From Rhodospirillales bacterium (GTDB lineage: Bacteria > Pseudomonadota > Alphaproteobacteria > Rhodospirillales > UBA2165), in assembly GCA_028823885.1 (NCBI GenBank), contig JAPPFK010000081.1, forward strand, positions 9,078-62,882: 53,805 nucleotides of DNA, in the 5' to 3' direction. The notes under the pieces are model-generated. The model worked only from the letters and a program-made list of their open reading frames with translations, had not been told where the DNA came from and searched no databases. Numbering within the stretch: position 1 is the stretch's first letter; the number at the start of each line of letters is the position of its first letter. Both the position numbers and the translations under genes were made by a program. Positions 31,867 to 39,998 of this stretch are shown piece after piece.

Positions 31867-33810
31867 CTAGCTCTTGGCCTCGTCTTCAGGCTCGTCTTCG
31901 GGCTCTTTCTCCGCATCGCCCGCGTCTTCGGCGGCCGCTTCCTCGGACGGCGCCTCGGCCTCGTCGGCTTCGGCGGGCGCTTCTTCCGCCTCTGTGTCCT
32001 CCGGTTCGGCTTCGGCTTCGGCCGTATCTTCTGCGGCGGCTTCTTCCGGCTCCGCTTCCTCCGATTCCGCGTCGGCGGAGTCGGCCTCGCTTTTTTCCTT
32101 CAGAGCCGCGCCCAGGATGTCACCCAAGGATGCGCCCGAGTCCGAGGAGCCATAGGCCGCCATGGCGATCTTCTCCTCCTCGACCTCGCGGGCCTTGATG
32201 GAGAGGTTGATCTTGCGGTTGGCCTTGTCGACCGAGACGACCATCGCGTCGACCAACTCACCGGGGGCGAAGCGATCGGGACGCTGTTCGGAGCGGTCGC
32301 GGCCGAGGTCGGACCGGCGGATGAAACCCGGGACGTCCCCGCCCACGGAGACCTCGATTCCCTTGTCACCGGTGCCGGTGACCGTGCATGTGACGATGTC
32401 GCCCTTCTTGAGCTTCTCGAGACCGTCGGCGACCGGGTCTTCGGTGAGCTGCTTCACACCGAGGGAAATCCGCTCCTTCTCGACATCGACGTCCAGGACC
32501 TTGACCTTCAACATGCCGCCCTTGCTGTAGCCGGCAATCGCTTCTTCGCCGGATTTCACCCAATCCAGGTCCGACAGGTGGACCATGCCGTCGATCTCCT
32601 CGTTGAGGCCGACAAACAGCCCGAACTCGGTGATGTTCTTGATTTCGCCTTCGATCTCGGACCCGACCGGGAATTTCTCCAGGAAGTCGGTCCACGGATT
32701 GGCAACGCATTGTTTCAAGCCCAGACTGATGCGCCGCTTGTTGCGATCGACATCGAGGACCATGACCTCCACTTCCTGGCTCGTGGAGACGATCTTGCCC
32801 GGGTGGACGTTCTTCTTGGTCCAGCTCATTTCGGAGACGTGGACCAGGCCTTCGACGCCGGGTTCCAATTCCACGAAAGCGCCGTAGTCCGTGATGTTGG
32901 TTACCCGGCCGGTCAGCTTGATCTCGAGCGGATACTTGGCGTCGACACCCTCCCACGGGTCGGCTTCAAGCTGCTTCATGCCCAGTGAAATACGCTGGGT
33001 CGACGGATTGAACCGAATCACCTGAACATTGACCGTTTGGCCGACCTGCAAGGCTTCGGACGGATGATTGATCCGCCGCCAGGCGATGTCGGTCACATGG
33101 AGCAAGCCGTCGACGCCGCCGAGATCCACGAAGGCGCCGTAGTCGGTAATGTTCTTGACCACGCCCTCGAGAACCTGTCCCTCGGTAAGGTTGGAAATCA
33201 GCTCCGAGCGTTCCTCGGCGCGGGTTTCCTCCAGCACCGCGCGGCGCGAGACGACGATGTTCCCGCGGGAGCGGTCCATCTTGAGAATCTGGAATGGTTG
33301 CGGGCTGCCCATCAGCGGTCCCACGTCCCGGATCGGGCGAATATCCACCTGGCTGCCGGGCAGGAACGCAACGGCGCCGGAGAGGTCGACGGTAAACCCG
33401 CCCTTGACCCGGCCGAAGATGACGCCTTCTACCCTTTGGTCATCCTCGAAGGCTTTCTCGAGGACGTTCCACGCTTCCTCGCGGCGGGCCTTCTCGCGGC
33501 TCAGGACAACGACGCCGTCCCGGCCCTCGAACCGCTCTACGAAGACATCGACGCGATCGCCCGCCATGATGGTCGGGGCGGCGCCGGCTTCGGAAAATTC
33601 CTTGATCGGGATCGACCCTTCGGACTTCAATCCCACATCGATGAGGACGAAATCGTTCTCGACCGCCAGCACGAGGCCGTTCACCACTTTGCCCTGAAGG
33701 CGCTCTTCTTGTTCAAAAGCCTGGTCGAGGAGGTCGGAAAAATTCTCGCCGGCCATCTGCTCGGCGACTTCCGGGGGGAGATTGTCGGCGTGGGTATCCA
33801 CGTTTGCCAT
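31867..33810 (-). CDS. rpsA: 30S ribosomal protein S1 with acidic C-terminal extension
   Basis: Six S1 repeats (DVGLKSEG, DYGAFVDLGG, DGLLHVTD, EGLVHVSE); GASLGDIL then ~74 aa rich in E/A/D/P. Confidence 0.99.
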   Translation of the reverse strand: MANVDTHADNLPPEVAEQMAGENFSDLLDQAFEQEERLQGKVVNGLVLAVENDFVLIDVGLKSEGSIPIKEFSEAGAAPTIMAGDRVDVFVERFEGRDGVVVLSREKARREEAWNVLEKAFEDDQRVEGVIFGRVKGGFTVDLSGAVAFLPGSQVDIRPIRDVGPLMGSPQPFQILKMDRSRGNIVVSRRAVLEETRAEERSELISNLTEGQVLEGVVKNITDYGAFVDLGGVDGLLHVTDIAWRRINHPSEALQVGQTVNVQVIRFNPSTQRISLGMKQLEADPWEGVDAKYPLEIKLTGRVTNITDYGAFVELEPGVEGLVHVSEMSWTKKNVHPGKIVSTSQEVEVMVLDVDRNKRRISLGLKQCVANPWTDFLEKFPVGSEIEGEIKNITEFGLFVGLNEEIDGMVHLSDLDWVKSGEEAIAGYSKGGMLKVKVLDVDVEKERISLGVKQLTEDPVADGLEKLKKGDIVTCTVTGTGDKGIEVSVGGDVPGFIRRSDLGRDRSEQRPDRFAPGELVDAMVVSVDKANRKINLSIKAREVEEEKIAMAAYGSSDSGASLGDILGAALKEKSEADSADAESEEAEPEEAAAEDTAEAEAEPEDTEAEEAPAEADEAEAPSEEAAAEDAGDAEKEPEDEPEDEAKS

Positions 33811-33844
33811 GTTTTAGTCTTCCTTCGAATAATTGTTTCACTGG

Positions 33845-33904
33845 CCGGCCGGTTGAATCCGGCGGTCTTTCAACACGTTGAGGGCGCTCATCCGAAGACG
33901 AGCG
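33845..33904 (-). promoter_or_regulatory. Structured rpsA leader (candidate cis-regulatory RNA)
   Basis: Minus-strand hairpin CGCUCGUC-UUCG-GAUGAGCG (33885-33904) and GCCGG-auucaa-CCGGC (33848-33863). Confidence 0.45.
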
Positions 33905-33945
33905 GTGTGGGCGCTTGCCGCGATTGGGCGGCCTGGACCCGGTCT

Positions 33946-34581
33946 CTAGTTATTCTGCGACGTGATATGAGCGAGTGCCGTTTCAAACACTGTGTCGGCG
34001 TCTTTTTCACTGGTGTCGATGACCAGTGCGTCTTTGGCCGGCTCCAGCGGCGATACGGCCCGCGATGCATCCCTGGCGTCGCGGTCCTGTAAGTCCCGCA
34101 GAATGCGCGTGTATATAGCTTCAAGGCCTTTGGCTTGCAACTCCTTAACGCGCCGTTCGGCGCGGACTTCCGGGCTTGCGGTGAGAAACAGCTTGATGTC
34201 CGCGCCGGGGCAGATGACGGTGCCGATGTCGCGCCCGTCGAGGACGGCCCCCGGCGCACCCCCCGGCGGGTTCGCGGCGAAGTTCTGCTGGAACGCGCGA
34301 AGGGTTGCGCGCACCTCGGGAATGGCGGCGACGACCGAGGCCGCCGACGCGGCCGCTTCCCCGCGAAGCGCCGGATTGTTCAAATCCGAGGCTTGAAGTC
34401 TTTCGGCCGCGGCAACGGCAATCGCCGTCTCCTCGGGGTCATCGCCCTCTTCGATGATTCTGAACCCGACCGCACGATAGAGAAGTCCCGTATCCAGGCG
34501 GGCCAGTCCAAAATGTTCCGCCAAACGCCGGGTCAGCGTGCCTTTCCCCGACGCGGCCGGGCCGTCCACCGCGATGATCAC
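33946..34581 (-). CDS. cmk: Cytidylate kinase
   Basis: IAVDGPAASGKGT, LDTGLLYRAV, LDGRDIGTV, RDARD..R. Confidence 0.97.
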   Translation of the reverse strand: MIIAVDGPAASGKGTLTRRLAEHFGLARLDTGLLYRAVGFRIIEEGDDPEETAIAVAAAERLQASDLNNPALRGEAAASAASVVAAIPEVRATLRAFQQNFAANPPGGAPGAVLDGRDIGTVICPGADIKLFLTASPEVRAERRVKELQAKGLEAIYTRILRDLQDRDARDASRAVSPLEPAKDALVIDTSEKDADTVFETALAHITSQNN

Positions 34582-35921
34582 GGCCCCGGTCCTTGGGCGG
34601 AAAACACCGCCCCCAAATTTCCCATCGCCTTGGTAAATCCGGGAAAGCTCGTGGCGATTGTCGAGCTGTCATCGATTGTCACGGGTTGCCCGGTTACCTG
34701 TCCCAAAACCAGAAATGCCATGGCGATCCGGTGATCGTGATGAGCGGCGATGGTTGCGCCGCCGGCCGGCGGTTCGCCCCGGCCATGGATTGCCAGGGAA
34801 TCCTCGGTTTCCTCGACCTCGACGCCGCACGCGGCCAAGCCCGCGGCAAGGGCCGACAAACGGTCGCTTTCCTTCACCCGCAGTTCGCCGATGCCGTGGA
34901 AGGTGGTGGAACCGGCCGCGCATGCCGCGGCCATCGCCAGGATCGGATATTCGTCGATCATCGACGGCGCCCGTTCCGGAGGAACATCGATACCGGCAAG
35001 GGGCGCCGATTCGATGCGGATATCGGCAATCGGCTCGCCGCCCTCGGCCGCATCGTCCAGGGGCCTCCGGGTGAGTTTGGCGCCCATTTCCTCCAGGCAC
35101 GTGAGGAGACCGGCGCGCAGCGGGTTGGTGCCGACGGCCGGCACGGAAATGTCGGAACCCTCGATGATGCTTGCGGCGACCAGCGGAAAGGCGGCCGAGG
35201 AAATATCTCCCGGAACCCGGATCTCCGCCGGCTCCAATTCAGGCTGGCCGGTGACCGTGGCGGCGGTTCCGTCCGCCGTTTCCTCGATGACGACGTCGGC
35301 GCCGAACGATCGAAGCATTCGCTCCGTATGATCCCGGGACCGCCGCCGTTCGATGACGGTGGTTTTCCCCGGCGCGGTGAGCCCCGCGAGCAGAATTGCG
35401 GATTTTACCTGGGCCGAGGCGACTTCGGGGGTTTCGACGATCGGACGCAGCCGGTCGGTGCCGTGAACGGTCATCGGCAGCCGGTTTCCCGTCCGGCAGG
35501 TGAAGCGGCCACCCATCCGCTCAAGCGGGCCGGTCACCCGCGCCATGGGCCGGCCGGACAAAGATGCATCGCCGGTGAGCGTCGAGTTGAACGGCTGGCC
35601 GGCCAGCAGGCCGGTCAGCAATCTCGCCGCGGTGCCGGAGTTGCCCAGGTCGAGGACGTTGACGGGCTCGGCCAGGCCGCCGACGCCCCGGCCGTGGATG
35701 CGCCACGGCCCGCCGTCTCCGCCCCTTTCGATCGTTGCGCCGAGGGCTTCCATCGCCGTCGCGGTGGCGAGCACGTCGTCCGCTTCCAGCAGGCCGTGAA
35801 CCGCCGTCTCGCCCACCGTCGAGGCGGCGAGCATCAAGGCGCGATGGGAAATGGATTTGTCACCCGGGACACGCAGGGTTCCGCGTAGCGCACCGGCGGC
35901 GCCGGATGTCACCGCAGTCAT
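34578..35921 (-). CDS. aroA: 3-phosphoshikimate 1-carboxyvinyltransferase (class II EPSPS)
   Basis: PGDKSISHR, GNSGT, SAQVKSA, RDHTERML, IDEYP, ELRVKESDR, DHRIAM. Confidence 0.98.
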   Translation of the reverse strand: MTAVTSGAAGALRGTLRVPGDKSISHRALMLAASTVGETAVHGLLEADDVLATATAMEALGATIERGGDGGPWRIHGRGVGGLAEPVNVLDLGNSGTAARLLTGLLAGQPFNSTLTGDASLSGRPMARVTGPLERMGGRFTCRTGNRLPMTVHGTDRLRPIVETPEVASAQVKSAILLAGLTAPGKTTVIERRRSRDHTERMLRSFGADVVIEETADGTAATVTGQPELEPAEIRVPGDISSAAFPLVAASIIEGSDISVPAVGTNPLRAGLLTCLEEMGAKLTRRPLDDAAEGGEPIADIRIESAPLAGIDVPPERAPSMIDEYPILAMAAACAAGSTTFHGIGELRVKESDRLSALAAGLAACGVEVEETEDSLAIHGRGEPPAGGATIAAHHDHRIAMAFLVLGQVTGQPVTIDDSSTIATSFPGFTKAMGNLGAVFSAQGPGP

Positions 35922-36144
35922 GTCAATCCTAGCTCGTCGGTTCGGGCCGTCTCTTTCGGCCGGTAAACAGGGGTGCGTGAACGCGTGAGGCGGTCCATAG
36001 CATGTTTGGGCCCTCTCGCGGAAGGGGTGTGTCGCCGGCGCGGGGATTGGATGCGGCGGAAGGGGTGATTTTTGCTTTTGACAGAGGCGAACGAACATGG
36101 CAATTGGCTGCCCTTGAGTTGGCCGAAGCCGGAAGGAGTAACGC

Positions 36145-36498
36145 GTGGTCAAAGCCGAATGGGGAACCAAGCACACGTGCCAGAACTGCGGCGCGAAGTT
36201 CTACGATCTCAAAAAGACGCCGGCGGTTTGCCCGAAGTGCGGAACCGAGCAGACGCCGGAAAAACCCAAACTCAAGCGCGCGTCGGCGCCCCAGGAAACC
36301 AAGGCGGAGACCCCGGCGCCCGAGGCGAAGGAAAGCGAAGACGTTGAAGAAGACGATATCGAGGTCGATGACGGCATCGAAATCGATGACGACGAAGATG
36401 ATGCGATTCTCGGCGATGACGAGGCCGACCTCGACGGGGACGAGGACGTTGCCGGGGTGGTCGATACGGTCGATGGAGACGACGAGGACAAGTCCTAG
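36145..36498 (+). CDS. TIGR02300 / FYDLN-acid family protein
   Basis: WGTKHTCQNCGAKFYDL...CPKCG followed by a D/E-rich tail; divergent from aroA; TTGACA at 36078. Confidence 0.93.
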   Translation: MVKAEWGTKHTCQNCGAKFYDLKKTPAVCPKCGTEQTPEKPKLKRASAPQETKAETPAPEAKESEDVEEDDIEVDDGIEIDDDEDDAILGDDEADLDGDEDVAGVVDTVDGDDEDKS

Positions 36499-36585
36499 GC
36501 CTTGACGCCGCGCCGTTCCCGCGGGCGCCGCCCGCAGCCGCCTGACGTCTCCAAGAACTCCCCCGAAAATTCCCCCAGAAACTCC

Positions 36586-36614
36586 TTGCCACGAAGCGGC
36601 GATTTACCTAATTT
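36586..36614 (+). promoter_or_regulatory. Putative sigma70 promoter of tRNA-Ala
   Basis: TTGCCA-17 nt-TAATTT followed by a GC-rich discriminator, ~60 bp upstream of the tRNA. Confidence 0.5.
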
Positions 36615-36674
36615 GCGCGCCTCCCGGGCGGGGGCCCCTCCCCAAGTGCGGTCCGCCCGCCCGTCCCGAACGAT

Positions 36675-36750
<76 letters not shown>

Positions 36751-36782
36751 CCCTTCAAGCCAGAGAGTTTCAGTAAGGTGCC

Positions 36783-36810
36783 GAAAACCCTGGTAAATCG
36801 GGGGTTTTTC
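36783..36810 (+). terminator. Hairpin/terminator downstream of the tRNA
   Basis: Imperfect inverted repeat GAAAACCC...GGGGTTTTTC. Confidence 0.55.
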
Positions 36811-37084
36811 TAATTTCGTGCTCTTGCTTGGCGCCAGAAAATTTCTTGCCGGTCAAAGCCCTCGCGCCGCGGCGCGGTGTGAACGACCGGAACGAAGGGC
36901 TCATGGTCCCGGACTTCGCAATCGATGCGATCATCGACCGGCGGTCGGATCGCGTCACGGCAAGTTCCCGCTATTCGTCCAGGGACCGGTGGCCGCGACG
37001 GGCCGCGCGTGCGAGGAAGGGAATCCCTGTCCGGCGCAGGCGCCGGAAACGCTGAGAACAATCATGGAGATGGGCGCAGGCCGG

Positions 37085-37372
37085 TCAGGCGGCCGCGAAT
37101 TTGCGGATCGCGACCGGCGCACGGCTCTGCTGGGCGTGCCAGAGATCGTACTGCATCTGCTGGGTCAGCCAGCTCTCCGGACTGCCGCCGAACGCCTCCG
37201 TCAGCCGGATCGCCATTTCCGGCGAGATGCCGAGGCGGCCGTTGAGCAGCATCGACAGCGTGTTGCGCGAGACCGCGAGCCCCTTGGCGGCCTCGGTCAC
37301 CGTCAGTCCGAGGGGTTCGAGACACTGGCGCCGGATGAAGACGCCGGGATGGGGCGGATCGTGCATCAGCAT
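37085..37372 (-). CDS. higA: HigA-family antitoxin (HTH)
   Basis: [63 protein letters not shown]; RBS GAGGAGG. Confidence 0.95.
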   Translation of the reverse strand: MLMHDPPHPGVFIRRQCLEPLGLTVTEAAKGLAVSRNTLSMLLNGRLGISPEMAIRLTEAFGGSPESWLTQQMQYDLWHAQQSRAPVAIRKFAAA

Positions 37373-37385
37373 GGGCGTTGCCTCC

Positions 37386-37511
37386 TCAATGGTAGTCCAG
37401 ATAGCCGACATCGGCGGCATGGCCGTCCTTGAACCGGAAGATCACCCGCCAGTTGGCGCTGACCGTCACCGCCCAGTAACCGGCATATTCACCCCTCAGG
37501 CGGTGCAGCAA
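37386..37511 (-). pseudogene. higB: 5'-truncated HigB (plasmid maintenance killer) toxin
   Basis: Manual translation [41 protein letters not shown] matches the HigB C-terminal half. The upstream frame is unrelated. Confidence 0.85.
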
Positions 37512-37513
37512 TA

Positions 37514-37547
37514 CCGAAGCCTCCCGGATGGGAGGTCTTTGCTTCGG
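37514..37547. terminator. Hairpin at the higB breakpoint, downstream of the sulfotransferase gene
   Basis: CCGAAGC...GCTTCGG encloses CTCCC-ggat-GGGAG. Confidence 0.5.
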
Positions 37548-37582
37548 CAAGACTGCGGGAATTTCGATACCCGAGAGGCGAG

Positions 37583-39373
37583 TTATAGTTTGCCCGCGAG
37601 ACCCGGGTAATCTTTCGAGTATTTGTACAACCTGAAAATGCGCCCTGGTTTTGGCATTTTGAAGTCCAGAACGGTCTCGCCGCCGTCGGTGACCTCGAGA
37701 ACCCGGTTGTTTTGCGCCTGTACCATCAGGACATTGCCGTTGGGCAGTTTACGCGCGCCGGACATAAAGGGCGCTTTCATTCCCTTCGAGCCATCGGAAT
37801 TGTAGCTCCAGGTTACCTCCACGTCCTTCGACCAATCCCAATTGCCGGAGGCATCTACCGGCATCTTCAACCGCAGGACATCGGAATAGCTGCCGTCGAG
37901 AACGCCCATAAACAGCTCGCCCGGATTATATTTGCCATCGGGCCCGCGCAAGCCGCCATTGTTGAAGATCTGCAGCTCGCCCGTCTCGGGTATCCAATAG
38001 GCGTCGTGCTGCCAAAATAGAACCGTTTCGTCATCGGGGCCGCCATAGGTTCTGGGGCTGCCCCAGCGATACAGCAGATCACCCGCGGGGCCCTTGGCCT
38101 CCTCGGTGGTTGTGTCGTGATCGATCACCCAGATCTCTCCGAAGGTTGCAGAGGAAACGACGAGTTGTTTATGCGCGGCGTTGTAATCGATCGAGTTGGC
38201 GTGAAAGAGCTGGCCGTTGACAAAAAGACGGTCAATCCGGTCATAGTTCGGATCGATCCGTCTCTTTTTCTCCGACACCGATCCATAGTTCGGCTTGGTC
38301 GCGTCGACATCCTGCACCAGGTGATCGCGGCTGTCCCATTCCCAAACGATCTTGCCGCCGCCGCTATTCAGATCAGGCGCGATCTCGATCAGGCGTTCGG
38401 TGAAGACGAGCCCGCTGCGGGACGGCTTGCCCTTCCAGCCGAAAGCCGTTGCCTCCGCGACAGTGTTGGCATCATAGACGATGGCCACGATGTTTCCGTT
38501 TGGAAGCACCGTGAAGTCATGGTGCAGGCAGTACTTGCGAAGCTCGCAATATTCAAACTCCCAGAGGACCTTGCTATCCCAGTCAACGAGTTCCAGGACG
38601 CCGTTTGCGCCAACGGGGAAGTCCCTGAGCGCTCGCCAGTGGAGCTTTGCGGTGGTCCGCGCCAGGAGACCGTTTTCCAGAAGGTAGGCGGACACGCCCT
38701 CCGGCGCGTATCGTTCGTTGGTCCATACATGCACGAACTTGCCCGCCGTATCCATGAGATAGGCGTTCGGCTGCGCCTGCCGGCGGCCATTGTCGTACGA
38801 GCCATGAAAGAAGAGATAACCATCATAGGCCCGGTCATCCGCACCGGGGACAACCGGTCCCTTGACCTCGTTATAATCGCGCATCCGAAAGGAAGCGATG
38901 AATCGGGCAATTTTTCTGTGGTCGGGCGGACGGCCAAAAAATGCCGGCGGCGGGCCGGGTGGCCGAGCAAGTTCCTTCCCGGTCAATTGACCGTCACGAT
39001 TATCGTCCAGGTGCGCCAGCCTCTGATGAGCAGCTGCGATTTCCGCGGCCGATATGGTGATGTCGGCGTCGTCATCGATGACATTGAAGACCCAGTTGCC
39101 GCGCACGATGTCCCAGATCCGGAATCGGCCGCCATGGGTTTCGTCGGGTGTCAGAGCCCCGTTTCCATCCTTGTCGAGCGTCGCCAGAACCGCAGGCGCC
39201 GCGGCAATCTCGTCCGCCGACAGCACTCGGTCGCCGTTAGTGTCCAGGGCGCGCTGAACGGTCGAGCTTCTCTTGGCAATTTCTTGCCGGCTTGGCGGTT
39301 GCTGCGCATCGGCCGGAAAAGACGTTACGGCAAGCGCCAAGGCAATCGATGCTGCTGCGAGACGTGTCTTCAC
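37583..39373 (-). CDS. Exported aryl-sulfate sulfotransferase (ASST-like) with N-terminal EF-hand domain
   Basis: GTG after AAGGAGG; signal peptide ending ADA-Q; four EF-hand loops; ASST motifs LHHDFTVLPNGN, IVWEW..DHL, FHANSIDY, WQHDA, LPNGNVL. Confidence 0.85.
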   Translation of the reverse strand: MKTRLAAASIALALAVTSFPADAQQPPSRQEIAKRSSTVQRALDTNGDRVLSADEIAAAPAVLATLDKDGNGALTPDETHGGRFRIWDIVRGNWVFNVIDDDADITISAAEIAAAHQRLAHLDDNRDGQLTGKELARPPGPPPAFFGRPPDHRKIARFIASFRMRDYNEVKGPVVPGADDRAYDGYLFFHGSYDNGRRQAQPNAYLMDTAGKFVHVWTNERYAPEGVSAYLLENGLLARTTAKLHWRALRDFPVGANGVLELVDWDSKVLWEFEYCELRKYCLHHDFTVLPNGNIVAIVYDANTVAEATAFGWKGKPSRSGLVFTERLIEIAPDLNSGGGKIVWEWDSRDHLVQDVDATKPNYGSVSEKKRRIDPNYDRIDRLFVNGQLFHANSIDYNAAHKQLVVSSATFGEIWVIDHDTTTEEAKGPAGDLLYRWGSPRTYGGPDDETVLFWQHDAYWIPETGELQIFNNGGLRGPDGKYNPGELFMGVLDGSYSDVLRLKMPVDASGNWDWSKDVEVTWSYNSDGSKGMKAPFMSGARKLPNGNVLMVQAQNNRVLEVTDGGETVLDFKMPKPGRIFRLYKYSKDYPGLAGKL

Positions 39374-39487
39374 AAAATCCTCCTTATGATATTGCCCATA
39401 TGCCCGACCGCCCAATCCGGGGCACCCTGTTCTGGAGCCTCTTTTGCGCCATTTCCAAAGGGGCCTGGACGTAGGTGATTCGCCGAA

Positions 39488-39775
39488 TCACTCCGCAGCC
39501 TGCGTCACATCCGTATTCTGCAACTGATGACGTATTCTGCAACTGATGAATGGCCTGGCGGCTGTAGGCCACCGCCTTGTCATGTTCGCGCAGGATCAGC
39601 TTGCGCTCGGGCGCCTGGGCGACCGCCTCCTGCTGCGCCTCGATGAACAGCTTGTCCTCCAGGAAGGCTTCCCGGTTGGCGTCGTGAAACGCGACGTTCG
39701 CCGGTCCGTCCACCGGCTCGCCGCGTACCGCGGAGGCAAAAAAGTAGTGATAGCTGTCATCGTCCGCCGCTGCGG
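39488..39775 (-). pseudogene. C-terminal relic of a Rieske non-heme iron oxygenase (VanA-like)
   Basis: ADDDSYHYFF...AFLEDKLFIEAQQ...DKAVAYSR. No N-terminal Rieske domain; in-frame stop upstream; 19-bp duplication shifts the 3' end. Confidence 0.75.
39512..39549. repeat. Perfect 2 x 19-bp tandem duplication
   Basis: CGTATTCTGCAACTGATGA at 39512-39530 and 39531-39549. Confidence 0.97.
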
Positions 39776-39998
39776 AATAGCATCAGGTTCTCACCCATGA
39801 TTTTGCGGGCGATTGGCCCGCTTTGGGTCGGAAATCGACTAGCTCGATGTCCGCTTCGCAAGCCTGTGTTTAGCCAAAATCGGACTCATCGATCCAATAC
39901 TCCAATTGGCTGCCTCACGGCCGGCCGCCGGAAATTTCCCGGCAAGCTGATTTGGGGCGCTCCTTGAATTAGGCGCGGGGCCGGTTAGTGTGGTCACC

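Noticed and set aside
36554-36585. Short GAA(A)xTCCCCC-like repeats before the tRNA promoter
   Set aside because: Only three short degenerate units; not enough to support a function.
39512-39549. 19-bp repeat as a CRISPR remnant or target-site duplication
   Set aside because: The two copies abut with no spacer or inserted element and no cas genes are present; simple slippage duplication explains it.
39384-39713. 109-aa ORF as an intact gene
   Set aside because: It is the frameshifted C-terminal fragment of a Rieske oxygenase.
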